A DNA stretch of 64,000 nt from Candidatus Beckwithbacteria bacterium CG10_big_fil_rev_8_21_14_0_10_34_10 (lineage in GTDB: Bacteria; Patescibacteriota; Microgenomatia; UBA1400), in the NCBI GenBank assembly GCA_002773945.1, contig PEZT01000001.1, forward strand, positions 1,131 to 65,130, written 5' to 3'. The notes under the pieces were generated by a model. The model was not told the DNA's origin. It saw only the letters and a program-made list of their open reading frames with translations, and did no database searches. The position numbers and the translations under genes were made by a program. Positions 9,104-18,300 of the stretch are shown in pieces. How positions within the stretch are numbered: the stretch's first letter is position 1; the number at the start of each line of letters is the position of its first letter.

Positions 9104-10203
9104 AAATAGCTATAGTAAGAGGTTCATACTTCAATAAATTTGAGATGCAGAATTATGAGCCTTTATATAATAAATTTAACATTGTTGGTTTTTCAGGACT
9201 TCGTTCCATTCATTCTGAATTTAAGTTCCCTGTTAAAAAGCTAGCTTCTCCAGTTGATTTACCAAATTTTCCCTTAAAAATGCCTATTTTAAACAGGCTT
9301 TTTTTAGGAGATGCAATGTATTTATTTAATTTAGAGAAAAATCTAAAAGGATTTGATTTAGTTCATACTCGAGAAACGTATTTTCATTTTACTCAACAAG
9401 CCTTAAAAGCAAAAAGGCTAGGATATATAAAAAAGGTTGTCTGTACTTGTTCAGAAACAATCCCGTTTAATCATGAAGGAATATGGAATAGAAAGAAGTT
9501 TAAGAAAAGAGCAATAAAAGAAGTAGATAAGTTTCACTGTTTAACTCAAAAGGCAAAGGAGTGTTTATTAAGGGAAGGATGTGATCCTAAAAAAATTACT
9601 GTTTTTCCCTACGGAGTAGATTTAAAAAGCTTTAAACCATTAGGGATGAATCATAAATTTGATATATTTCGTCTTTTATTTGTGGGTAGGTTTGTTAAAG
9701 AAAAAGGCATATATGATTTACTCAAAATCCTATTTTTACTTCTAAAATCAGGTAAAAAGGTTAAGCTAGTAATGGTTGGTAAAGGACCTGAAAAATCTAA
9801 AATCATTTCTTTAATTAATCAAAGTGAATATGGAGACGATATTGAGTTTAAAACGGTTGATTATAAAGATATGGCAAAAGAGTATCAAGAAGCTAATCTT
9901 CTTTGTTTATTATCTAAAAAAAATAAATTTTGGGAGGAATATTTTGGCATGGTTTTGATTGAAGCTATGGCTTCTGGTTTACCAGTTTTAACTACTAAGT
10001 CAGGTGGTATACCTGAAGTTGTTGGTAATGCAGGAATATTAATAAAGCCCGGGGATTATAAGACAGGTTTTAGGGAAGTTGTTAAGCTGATAGATCAAAA
10101 AGACTACTATTTCAAAAAATCCCAGGAATCTTTAGTAAGAGCCCAAAATCTATTTGATTCTAATGAGGTAGCTAGAAATATTGAGAAGCTTTGGAAATCA
10201 TGA
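9094..10203 (+). CDS. GT4-type (GT-B) glycosyltransferase
   Basis: C-terminal EAMASGLPVLTTKSGGIPEVV is the GT1/GT4 motif. Confidence 0.75.
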   Translation: MGMKIAIVRGSYFNKFEMQNYEPLYNKFNIVGFSGLRSIHSEFKFPVKKLASPVDLPNFPLKMPILNRLFLGDAMYLFNLEKNLKGFDLVHTRETYFHFTQQALKAKRLGYIKKVVCTCSETIPFNHEGIWNRKKFKKRAIKEVDKFHCLTQKAKECLLREGCDPKKITVFPYGVDLKSFKPLGMNHKFDIFRLLFVGRFVKEKGIYDLLKILFLLLKSGKKVKLVMVGKGPEKSKIISLINQSEYGDDIEFKTVDYKDMAKEYQEANLLCLLSKKNKFWEEYFGMVLIEAMASGLPVLTTKSGGIPEVVGNAGILIKPGDYKTGFREVVKLIDQKDYYFKKSQESLVRAQNLFDSNEVARNIEKLWKS

Positions 10204-11075
10204 AAAATCTAGACTTTAAGCCCAATGACTTGGTTTTAGAGATCGGCAGTGGCCATAACCCTCACCCAAGAAGTAATATTCTAGTGGATAGGTATTTAAC
10301 TAAAGTAGATGAAAGGTCAGGTTTTAAGATTAAGAATGATCGACCCTTAGTTATTGCCTCAGGAGAAAAACTCCCCTTTTTAGATAATTCCTTTGACTAT
10401 ATTATTGCTAATCAAGTAATAGAGCATGTTGAGAATCCTCGTTTATTTTGCCAAGAGCTTTCTCGAGTAGGAAAAAGGGGGTTAATAATTTGCCCACATG
10501 CTGTTAGAGAGGAGATTTTTGGCTGGCAACATCATTTGTGGTGGATTTTTAGTGAAAAAAATACTTTGAATTTTTATTCTAAACTAACAAAAGATAAAAA
10601 AAGAAGCTTTTTCCACAAGCTTTATCAGAATAAAACATTTTTCCGTCAATTTTGTAATAGACAGGAGAATAAACTTAATATTTATTTACATTGGAAGAAA
10701 AAGATCAAAATAAAAGTTCATTTAGCCCCAGACAAAACCCTAATGAAAAAAGTTCGGAAAGAAGCCTCTTTGTTATTGGATAAGATGAATTACAGCTCAA
10801 TAAATAGCTTTGCTTTCTATTTTAAAGAAATTTTAATAAGATTAGCTCTAAAAGCCAGGAAAACTGGTAAAAGTATTAGTTGGATTATTAAAAAAGCTTT
10901 TAATCCTAATATAAGCCTAGACTTACTTATAAAAATAATAGTTTGTCCTAATTGTAGAAAAAAGCTTAGATTAAGTTCAAAAGGAGTGTTTTGCCAGTCA
11001 TGCAATATTAAATACCCCTTAATTGATAATGTTCCTATTCTTTTAGACAAAGAAGAAATGAAAAAAGGATATTAA
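10191..11075 (+). CDS. Class I SAM-dependent methyltransferase fused to a C-terminal Trm112-like zinc-ribbon
   Basis: VLEIGSGHNPHP (motif I) and LPFLDNSFDYIIANQVIEHVENP (Methyltransf_11-like). The C-terminus reads CPNCRKKL...CQSCNIKYPLIDNVPILL, a Trm112/YcaR-like CxxC...CxxC. Confidence 0.6.
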   Translation: MEIMKNLDFKPNDLVLEIGSGHNPHPRSNILVDRYLTKVDERSGFKIKNDRPLVIASGEKLPFLDNSFDYIIANQVIEHVENPRLFCQELSRVGKRGLIICPHAVREEIFGWQHHLWWIFSEKNTLNFYSKLTKDKKRSFFHKLYQNKTFFRQFCNRQENKLNIYLHWKKKIKIKVHLAPDKTLMKKVRKEASLLLDKMNYSSINSFAFYFKEILIRLALKARKTGKSISWIIKKAFNPNISLDLLIKIIVCPNCRKKLRLSSKGVFCQSCNIKYPLIDNVPILLDKEEMKKGY

Positions 11076-11929
11076 TGAAACTAGCCATAATTATTGTAAA
11101 CTTTAATTCTTATCCCTATATTTTAGATTGCTTGCTGTCTTTAAAAAAAGCAGACAAAAGAGGAGTAAAGTGTAAAATAATTCTGGTTGATAACAATTCC
11201 AAAGATGAATCCGTTAAGGCCATTAGCAAAAACTTTCCTCAAGTAGACATTATTAAAAATAGGAAGAATCTTGGTTTTGCTAAAGCAAATAACGTTGCTA
11301 TTAAAAAAGCATTAAAAGAAAAATTTGATTATATTTTCCTTTTAAATCCTGATACAAAGGTAGAAGAAAACTTCCTTGAACCCTTAATTCAATTAATTAA
11401 ATCAAATAGAAAAATAGGAATAGTATCGCCAGCTTTAAAAGAAAAAAGAAACGGGAAGACTATTTATACTCTGGGTGCTAAATTTAATCGAGTTCTAGGC
11501 AAGACTGAACATCTTTACCTTAAAGAAAATTCTATTAATTCTTTAAAACCACAGGAAGAAGAACTTGTTTCCGGCTGTGCGATGTTAGTAAAAACTAGTG
11601 TTTTTAAGAAAATTGGGCTGTTTGATGAAAAGTTTTTTTTATATTTTGAAGACACTGATTTTTGTCTAAGAGCTTTTAAAATAGGCTTTAAAATATATTC
11701 AGTCCCTCAGTCAGTTGTTTTTCATCAGCCCAGTACCAGTCTGGGAGAGATAAGTTTTAAAAAAGCATGGCATATTTTTATTTCTAACGCTTTTTTTACA
11801 ATAAAATGGGTGAAACCTTATTTTTGGCCTTTAAGCTTCACTTTTCAACTTCCTTTATTTATTAAAATGAATTTTAATTCAGTTGTTTCTAACCTTAATT
11901 CTTTTAGAAAAAGACGGAAAAAGATATAA
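11075..11929 (+). CDS. Family-2 glycosyltransferase
   Basis: LAIIIVNFNSYPYILDCLLSL...LVDNNSKDES...LNPDT matches the GT2 (rhamnosyltransferase-like) pattern. Confidence 0.7.
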   Translation: MKLAIIIVNFNSYPYILDCLLSLKKADKRGVKCKIILVDNNSKDESVKAISKNFPQVDIIKNRKNLGFAKANNVAIKKALKEKFDYIFLLNPDTKVEENFLEPLIQLIKSNRKIGIVSPALKEKRNGKTIYTLGAKFNRVLGKTEHLYLKENSINSLKPQEEELVSGCAMLVKTSVFKKIGLFDEKFFLYFEDTDFCLRAFKIGFKIYSVPQSVVFHQPSTSLGEISFKKAWHIFISNAFFTIKWVKPYFWPLSFTFQLPLFIKMNFNSVVSNLNSFRKRRKKI

Positions 11930-11936
11930 TAAAAAC

Positions 11937-12734
11937 ATGAAGACTGCTGTAGTTTTAGCCAAAAATGAGGAAAAAAGCATTAAGACTTGTCTTTTAAGCC
12001 TTAAAGGCTTTGAGGAAATTATTGTTATTGATGATAATTCATCTGATAAAACAAGAGAAATAGCCAAAAAGCTAGGTGTCAGAGTATATAAGCGAAAGCT
12101 TAACAATGATTTTTCCAATCAGCGGAACTTTGGCTTAAAAAAAGCGAAAGGAGATTGGATATTTTTTTTGGATGCGGATGAAAAAATAGATAATAAACTT
12201 AAGAGAGAAATATTTAAAGCCATTAGAGATCCTCAGACTAATTCTGGCTTTAGTTTTAAAAGAAAAGATACCTTTTTAGGCAAAGAGCTAAAATTTGGAG
12301 AAACAGCTTCTTTAAGACTGACAAGGTTGGGTAAAAAAAATTCCGGCTTTTGGACAGGTAAAGTTCATGAAGTATGGAAAGTTAAGGGGAAAATAGGAAA
12401 ACTTTATAATCCGATTATTCACCAGCGCCATATTGGAGTAAGCGGTTTTATTAAAAGAATTAACTTTTATTCTTCTCTTAGGGCCAGAGAACTATATGAA
12501 AAAGGAGTAAAGACCAATGCCTTTTTAATTATTATTTATCCTTTAGCCAAGTTTTTCTTAAACTTTTTTGTAAAACTGGGAATTTTGGATGGCAAGCAAG
12601 GCTTTATTATGGCTACCTTGATGAGTGCTCATTCTTTTTTAGTTAGAAGTAAGCTCTATCTTTTATGGAAAAATAAAGGAGTTGAAGATCCACCCATTCC
12701 ACCTTTAAAAAAACTATACAAACAATATGGTTAA
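11937..12734 (+). CDS. Family-2 glycosyltransferase
   Basis: KTAVVLAKNEEKSIKTCLLSL...IVIDDNSSDKT. The start was moved to the ATG at 11937 to remove the 47-nt overlap with the upstream gene. Confidence 0.65.
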   Translation: MKTAVVLAKNEEKSIKTCLLSLKGFEEIIVIDDNSSDKTREIAKKLGVRVYKRKLNNDFSNQRNFGLKKAKGDWIFFLDADEKIDNKLKREIFKAIRDPQTNSGFSFKRKDTFLGKELKFGETASLRLTRLGKKNSGFWTGKVHEVWKVKGKIGKLYNPIIHQRHIGVSGFIKRINFYSSLRARELYEKGVKTNAFLIIIYPLAKFFLNFFVKLGILDGKQGFIMATLMSAHSFLVRSKLYLLWKNKGVEDPPIPPLKKLYKQYG

Positions 12735-13911
12735 GTTTATTCTTTTAGCCTTGCTTTTAATTTTTCCCCTGGGACAGCTTAGTCGTCTTCCGTTTAGTGG
12801 GGGAGAAGTAAGAATATATTTTCATGACTTGCTAGTATTAGTTTTAATTTTATTCTTTTTAGGGAAAAAATTAATTAAAAAAGAAAAAATAAAACTGCCT
12901 CGTTTTGGGCAGGAAATTATGTGTTTTGGTTTAGTGGCCTTATTTAGTCTTTTAGTTTCCTTTAGTACAAGAAAAATTAGTGAGATTAAAATAGGCTTTC
13001 TTTATTTACTTCGCTGGGCCAGTTATCCAATTGTTTATTTGGCCCTAAGTGATGTTTTGAATAAGGATAAGACTAATAAATTAAAAAACAGACTAAATAA
13101 TCTTTTAATTCTTATTGGGACAACTTCAGCGATATTAGGCCTTTTACAATACATATTTTTCCCCGATATTAGATCATTAATGGTTTTAGGCTGGGATCGT
13201 CATTATTACCGAGTGGTAGGAACTTTATTAGACCCGGCTTTTTCAGCCATGATTTATGTTTTAAGTTTAATTTTAGTGATTAAAAAACTTTGGCTTGATA
13301 ATGTTACTAAGGGAAAATTAATATATTTTACTAGTTTTATTCTTCTCTATTTAAGTTTAGCCCTAAGTTATAGTAGAAGTGCTTATTTTTCTTTTTTACT
13401 AAGCATTACAATCTTTGCGTTTTTTAAAAAATCAGCTAAATTCTTCCTAAGCTTTTTATTTTTGGGAATAATAACCATTTTTCTTCTTCCTCGGCCCGGA
13501 GGCGAAGGAGTTAGGCTTGAAAGACAAAGTACTATTAAAGCCAGGATTATTAATTGGAGCCAGACAATTCAGATTTCCGCTAAATACCCTTTGTTTGGAA
13601 CGGGTTTCAATAACTACCGCTATGCTCAAAAAGAATTTGGATTTTTAAACAAGCAAAATTGGAGAGAAACTAATGCCGGAGCCGGAGCAGATTCGTCTCT
13701 CCTTTTTGTTCTGGCAACGACCGGAATAGTAGGATTGACAATTTACCTTAATTTTTTAATGAAGCTTTTTAAGTATTCTAAAAAAAATTCCCTTATCCTT
13801 TTGGTAAGTTTAGTCTCTGTTTTAGCAAACTCTTTTTTTAATAATACTCTTTTTTATCCCTGGGTGATGATTTGGCTTTGGATATTACTGGCTTTAGAGC
13901 AGAAGGGCTAA
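12727..13911 (+). CDS. O-antigen ligase/Wzy_C-family polytopic membrane protein
   Basis: About 10 TM helices. Wzy_C-like motifs YSRSAYFSFLLS and PLFGTGFNNY precede a periplasmic loop. Confidence 0.55.
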   Translation: MVKFILLALLLIFPLGQLSRLPFSGGEVRIYFHDLLVLVLILFFLGKKLIKKEKIKLPRFGQEIMCFGLVALFSLLVSFSTRKISEIKIGFLYLLRWASYPIVYLALSDVLNKDKTNKLKNRLNNLLILIGTTSAILGLLQYIFFPDIRSLMVLGWDRHYYRVVGTLLDPAFSAMIYVLSLILVIKKLWLDNVTKGKLIYFTSFILLYLSLALSYSRSAYFSFLLSITIFAFFKKSAKFFLSFLFLGIITIFLLPRPGGEGVRLERQSTIKARIINWSQTIQISAKYPLFGTGFNNYRYAQKEFGFLNKQNWRETNAGAGADSSLLFVLATTGIVGLTIYLNFLMKLFKYSKKNSLILLVSLVSVLANSFFNNTLFYPWVMIWLWILLALEQKG

Positions 13912-14052
13912 AATAAATAAAATAAACAGTTTCCTTCTACAGCCGGGAGTATTGTTCTTTTGCTCAAATTGCTGTTTTTCTACCCATCAAGGTTAAAGCT
14001 TTTATGAAATATTAGTGTTATCATATAATTATAAGATATATTAGCTGTAATT

Positions 14053-15222
14053 ATGATAAACAAAACAACAAGACTTCATCTTACAATAATATTCTTTATC
14101 AGTATTTTATCTTCTTTTATATTATCTTTAGGATTTTACCTTTTTGCACCCAAAACTTTAGAAACTCATTTTCCGCATGGTTCAAATGAAGTTTTGGAAA
14201 GAAATTATGATGGACCTATATATGTAGTTTTATCTGAAGCTTTATATGACCAAAAAAAATTAGAATCAATTGGTTTTAACAAACTTAATCCAAGTTATTA
14301 TGCTAATCATTTTCCATTGTTGCCAATATTAATTAGACTGGGTCATGAAATAACTGGCCTAAATAGCTATCTAATCCTAATTATTATTTCCTGGTTTAGC
14401 GCCGGTTTATCAGCTTGTGTTTTTTATCTGTTAGTTAAAAAAAGGAGATTTAGTAAACAACCTTTTCTTCTGTCATTTCTGTATCTATTTTTACCTCCAA
14501 GATGGCTAGCGGTACGTTCTGTAGGTGGAACAGAAGGATTATTTAATCTTTTAGTTTTGCTTAGTTTATATTTTTGGTATGAAAAAAAATATCTTCTTGT
14601 ATCATTTTTATTAATTCTAATAGTCTTAACCAGGCCACCGGGAATTATAATTTTTTTAAGCTTTACATTAATTTCTTTGTATCAGTGGCATAAAAGCACT
14701 GATAAGATAAGTTTTTTTAGGAAACTAGTAAAAGAAAGATGGAGTTTGATAACTGCACCCCTGGCTTTAGCAGGTTTATTTTATTTTTTTAAAATTAAGT
14801 TTGGTAGTTTTTGGGCATACTTTCAAACGGGGACTGGGACTAATATTCACCTAAGATTAATTCCTTTTGCCACGGTGCTTGATTATAATACGCCAATGGC
14901 TGAAGGCTTTTTGTTTCTTTTAGCAATTTTTTCAATCGGTATTTATCTATTATGGAAGCAAAACCTGAAAACACTAGCAATCTTTTCCCTGCCTTATCTT
15001 ATTTTTCAGTTTTTTATGACTGTAGATGATATTTATCGGTATATAATTCTCATCGCCCCTTTTTGTCTTATAATAGGATATCAAAAACTAACTCAATATA
15101 AAGTCTTTAAATACTTTTTTATATTATTTTTAATTGGAACTTACATTTATACATTTAGCTTGCTACCCAGAAGAATGTTTCACTATTGGGACTATGCAGT
15201 TTTACGATTATTGACAAACTAA
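14053..15222 (+). CDS. Polytopic membrane protein, putative GT-C-fold glycosyltransferase (PMT/ArnT-like)
   Basis: About 10-11 TM helices with a conserved first-loop region. It sits at the end of the glycosyltransferase cluster. Assigned by architecture only. Confidence 0.35.
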   Translation: MINKTTRLHLTIIFFISILSSFILSLGFYLFAPKTLETHFPHGSNEVLERNYDGPIYVVLSEALYDQKKLESIGFNKLNPSYYANHFPLLPILIRLGHEITGLNSYLILIIISWFSAGLSACVFYLLVKKRRFSKQPFLLSFLYLFLPPRWLAVRSVGGTEGLFNLLVLLSLYFWYEKKYLLVSFLLILIVLTRPPGIIIFLSFTLISLYQWHKSTDKISFFRKLVKERWSLITAPLALAGLFYFFKIKFGSFWAYFQTGTGTNIHLRLIPFATVLDYNTPMAEGFLFLLAIFSIGIYLLWKQNLKTLAIFSLPYLIFQFFMTVDDIYRYIILIAPFCLIIGYQKLTQYKVFKYFFILFLIGTYIYTFSLLPRRMFHYWDYAVLRLLTN

Positions 15223-15415
15223 AAATAGTTAACAAGTTTAGGAAGTGATCCAAATAAAATCTTTATCTTTACTTCAGATAGAATATTATAAATACAGAGT
15301 AAGTTGTTTAAGGTTTGTTTATTCTCACAAACGGGGAGTATTTTCAATCCAAGCTAGTTATTTTTGATTGATAAAAAAGTATATTTTAAATAGTTTGGAT
15401 AAAGTATTGTACGAG

Positions 15416-15808
15416 TTATTTTACAGGAATATGATCTTTTGCTGTCCACCCAGGTTTAGAGTATATTTCTAGCCAGCATTCATCGTTGCTTTCTGCCCAA
15501 TGTACTTTTTTTGGAGGGACTCTATATTTGTCTCCAGCTTTAAGCATAATAGTTTTATTTTCTAAGTAAAGTTTAAGCGTTCCAGATAAAATTGTGTAAT
15601 CTTGGGTCATTCTTAAGTGTTTATGTGGCTTGCTTGATATTATAACTTCAACTGCACGATCATACTCTGGATGGTCTTTTGTTGGTTCAACTTCACACAC
15701 AAAGTGCTTTTCCCTCCCGTCAAGATCAAAAGCTTTAGCCTTAGGGTATTTAGTTTTCAGCTGCTTAATAATGCGCTCTGAACACTGTTGAGAGGTTTCT
15801 TTTTTCAT
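15416..15808 (-). CDS. Small cupin-like protein
   Basis: 130 aa with the His-rich beta-barrel pattern HKHLRMTQDYTILSG...H. The match is weak. Confidence 0.3.
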   Translation of the reverse strand: MKKETSQQCSERIIKQLKTKYPKAKAFDLDGREKHFVCEVEPTKDHPEYDRAVEVIISSKPHKHLRMTQDYTILSGTLKLYLENKTIMLKAGDKYRVPPKKVHWAESNDECWLEIYSKPGWTAKDHIPVK

Positions 15809-15894
15809 TTGATTTAGTATAACATAGATTATTAATAGTGAATTAAGGGGTGGTGTAAATAGTTCGGATAATATCCCATATGATGATGATGATA

Positions 15895-16635
15895 TTAAGG
15901 AGTATAGTTAACTTTTATTTCTTCAACTGATTGATTTCCAGCGGGATCAGTAGCTTTAACCTTAATTGTATTTTCACCTTCTTTTAATTCCAGTCTTAAG
16001 GAAAAAGAGCCACTACTGTCACTGACAACCATTCTTTCATTAATAAGAATATCAGTGTCTTCATTAATTTTACCTTCAACCATAATTTCCTTGTCTTTAT
16101 CAAAGAAACTGTCTCCGTTTTGAGGAGAAGAAATTATTATTCCCGGACTCTGGGTATCTAAAACAACATTTATTTCTTTAGAATAATCACTTTCATTGTC
16201 TTCTTTATCAATGGCTTTAGCCTTAAATCTATTTTTACCTTCTTTTAAACTTATAGAGTGAAGGACAAATTCTCCCTTAGAATTAACCTCAACATTTCCA
16301 GCCAAAGACCCATTTAAACTAATTTCCACTGTTGTATCAGGCTCAGCAAAACCAGCTAATGAAAAGCTAGCGCTATTAGTAGCTTCAACTACTGTTTGAA
16401 AACGGGGAGAAGCAGGGGCAAGAGTATCTTTCTTTTCTAATCCAGTTCCTTCCTTTTTATCACCTACATAAACCAACATTTTAGTTAAAAGAGGAAGACC
16501 AACTGTAAAAGCAAAGAAAATTAAAACCAAGGTTAAAAAACCGAAGAAAACTGCCTGGCGCAGATTTCTTTTTTCTTCAATCTTGCTAAGACGGCTACCT
16601 CTCCTTCTATATCTGCTTTTGTATTTTTTGACCAT
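15895..16635 (-). CDS. Membrane-anchored surface protein with two tandem Ig-like (Big/SbsA-type) repeats
   Basis: N-terminal TM followed by an internal duplication: NSKGEFVLHSISLKEGKNRFKAKAIDKEDNES versus SGSFSLRLELKEGENTIKVKATDPAGNQS. Confidence 0.5.
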   Translation of the reverse strand: MVKKYKSRYRRRGSRLSKIEEKRNLRQAVFFGFLTLVLIFFAFTVGLPLLTKMLVYVGDKKEGTGLEKKDTLAPASPRFQTVVEATNSASFSLAGFAEPDTTVEISLNGSLAGNVEVNSKGEFVLHSISLKEGKNRFKAKAIDKEDNESDYSKEINVVLDTQSPGIIISSPQNGDSFFDKDKEIMVEGKINEDTDILINERMVVSDSSGSFSLRLELKEGENTIKVKATDPAGNQSVEEIKVNYTP

Positions 16636-16686
16636 ATACCTATTTTATCCTATTCATTTTCCATAATCTATTTTAGTAAAAATCAG

Positions 16687-16759
16687 AGCCTGCGGTCGGA
16701 GTTGAACCGACGACCTGCGGTTTACGATACCGCTGCTCTACCAACTGAGCTACACAGGC
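16687..16759 (-). tRNA. tRNA-Thr (anticodon CGT)
   Basis: Reverse-complement folds as GCCTGTG...GCGGT-ATCGTAA-ACCGC...GTCGG-TTCAACT-CCGAC-CGCAGGC. Confidence 0.75.
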
Positions 16760-16848
16760 ATTTTGTCATTTTAAAACTACTCCTATTTTACCAAACTTTT
16801 CCCTTGAGTAGAAATGGAAACTAAGGTATGATTTTAAAAGGACGTAAA

Positions 16849-17256
16849 ATGAAGAAAATTACTTTTCCATTAATATCATTAATTTTACTAACTTTTATAC
16901 TAACTGGTTGTTTACCAAAATCTCAAAACAAAGAGAAGAAAACAACCCCAGAATCAACTATAAAGACAGATGAACAACTTATTAGGGAAGCGTTAGCTAA
17001 GAAAAGTAATATCCCCTTAAAAGACTTTAAAGAAGTAGAAATAGTAATAGAGGAGAATGATAATCAGTTTGCCAGTGGAACTGCCGGTACTGCTGGAGGA
17101 GGGCATTGGTTTGCGGCTAAAGTAAATTCAGAATGGGAAATAGCTTGGTCAGGCCAAGGTTTTATTCCCTGTGAAGACATTGAACCATATAATTTTCCCA
17201 AGACAATGATTAGCCAATGTTATGATGCCAAGACAGACGACTTTATTAAGCGTTAA
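16849..17256 (+). CDS. Small lipoprotein of unknown function
   Basis: Signal peptide plus lipobox LTGC. A Shine-Dalgarno AAGGA lies 9 nt upstream of the ATG at 16849. Confidence 0.5.
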   Translation: MKKITFPLISLILLTFILTGCLPKSQNKEKKTTPESTIKTDEQLIREALAKKSNIPLKDFKEVEIVIEENDNQFASGTAGTAGGGHWFAAKVNSEWEIAWSGQGFIPCEDIEPYNFPKTMISQCYDAKTDDFIKR

Positions 17257-17278
17257 GAAGACTAATTAATTATCCAAT

Positions 17279-17968
17279 TCAAAGATTATATTTTTTCCCA
17301 AAGCACCCCTCAGATTTCACAAAACCAGCTTTCTGAGCCTCTTTTTCAGAGCAGAACCACTGATCTCCATTAAACTTTTCTATAATAGCTGGTACATAAG
17401 CAGTACATCCGGGAAAATGATAGAACTTTGTTTTAGTATTCCTATTTATATTTCCCTTAATATTGCATTTAGGATTATCAAGATTTTCTTTCTGATAACA
17501 TTCAGGTCCGAAAATGCCCAATTTTTCTTCTTTAGCTTTTTTTTGCAGTTTTTTAAATTCTTCAGACTCAGGAATTTTTCTGGCTCCATATACTCCCCAA
17601 CCCTCAGCGATTAAAGTCCTGTTGACTAATTCACCACCCGTATATAACATAACTAAACTTCTTTCATATACATCAGTTGAAACTCTTTCAATACTTACCT
17701 TTTCGTTTTTAATCAATTCTTCAAGTCTTTTTTTGGCTTCCTCACCTCCGCAAAGCTCCAGCTCAGGAGCATTTACATTTAAAAGTCTCATTTTTTCGCC
17801 ATCACTAGTGACAAATGTGTCACCATCAAGAACATCAGTTACCAAAACCATATTTTTTTCTCTTTCCCCTTGGTACTTTTGGAATATGAAGAGATTTAAA
17901 ATTAAAGAAGGAACTAAAAGAAGAAAGCCTAGATATTTAATAATATTTTTATTGAAATTTTTTGCCAT
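17279..17968 (-). CDS. Membrane-anchored staphylococcal-nuclease (SNase/thermonuclease)-like nuclease with Cys-rich C-terminal domain
   Basis: N-terminal TM. The SNase motifs are VLDGDTFV and RLLNVNAPE. The C-terminal module reads CNIKGNINRNTKTKFYHFPGC...WFCSEKEAQKAGFVKSEGC. Confidence 0.65.
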   Translation of the reverse strand: MAKNFNKNIIKYLGFLLLVPSLILNLFIFQKYQGEREKNMVLVTDVLDGDTFVTSDGEKMRLLNVNAPELELCGGEEAKKRLEELIKNEKVSIERVSTDVYERSLVMLYTGGELVNRTLIAEGWGVYGARKIPESEEFKKLQKKAKEEKLGIFGPECYQKENLDNPKCNIKGNINRNTKTKFYHFPGCTAYVPAIIEKFNGDQWFCSEKEAQKAGFVKSEGCFGKKYNL

Positions 17969-18224
17969 AAGTTACTTCTATTTTCATTTAACCATACATT
18001 TATTCTTTTTATCAATAAAGGAGTTATAGAAAACTCAGCAAGTAAAATATTTAGAAGATTAGGATTATTGAGTAAATCATCTAAAAAAAAGAGCACGTTC
18101 GATTCTCTTTGTCGGTATTCTTCATTTCAGGCAAGGGAAAAATTATCAAGATATATGGCAAGAACTTAAAAAAAGTACGTTATCTTAAGAAAAAACAAAA
18201 AAACATTCAAACCAGTCTGCTTAT

Positions 18225-18300
18225 GAGCTGGATACCGTACCGGGCTCGAACCCTTCGATTTCACTCAGGACAAGCCTATCAAAGTATATCACACCAGAGT
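18225..18300 (-). other. tRNA-like remnant / unassigned small structured RNA (T-arm-like GGGTTCGAGCCC)
   Basis: The minus strand reads ...GAAGGGTTCGAGCCCGGTACGGTATCCAGCTCA. It has a T-loop-like core but no complete cloverleaf could be folded by hand. Confidence 0.2.

Noticed and set aside
17417-18029. Plus-strand ORFs 17417-17614 and 17514-18029 overlapping the nuclease gene
   Set aside because: They have Ser/Phe/Leu-rich nonsense composition opposite the well-supported SNase-like gene, so they are shadow ORFs.
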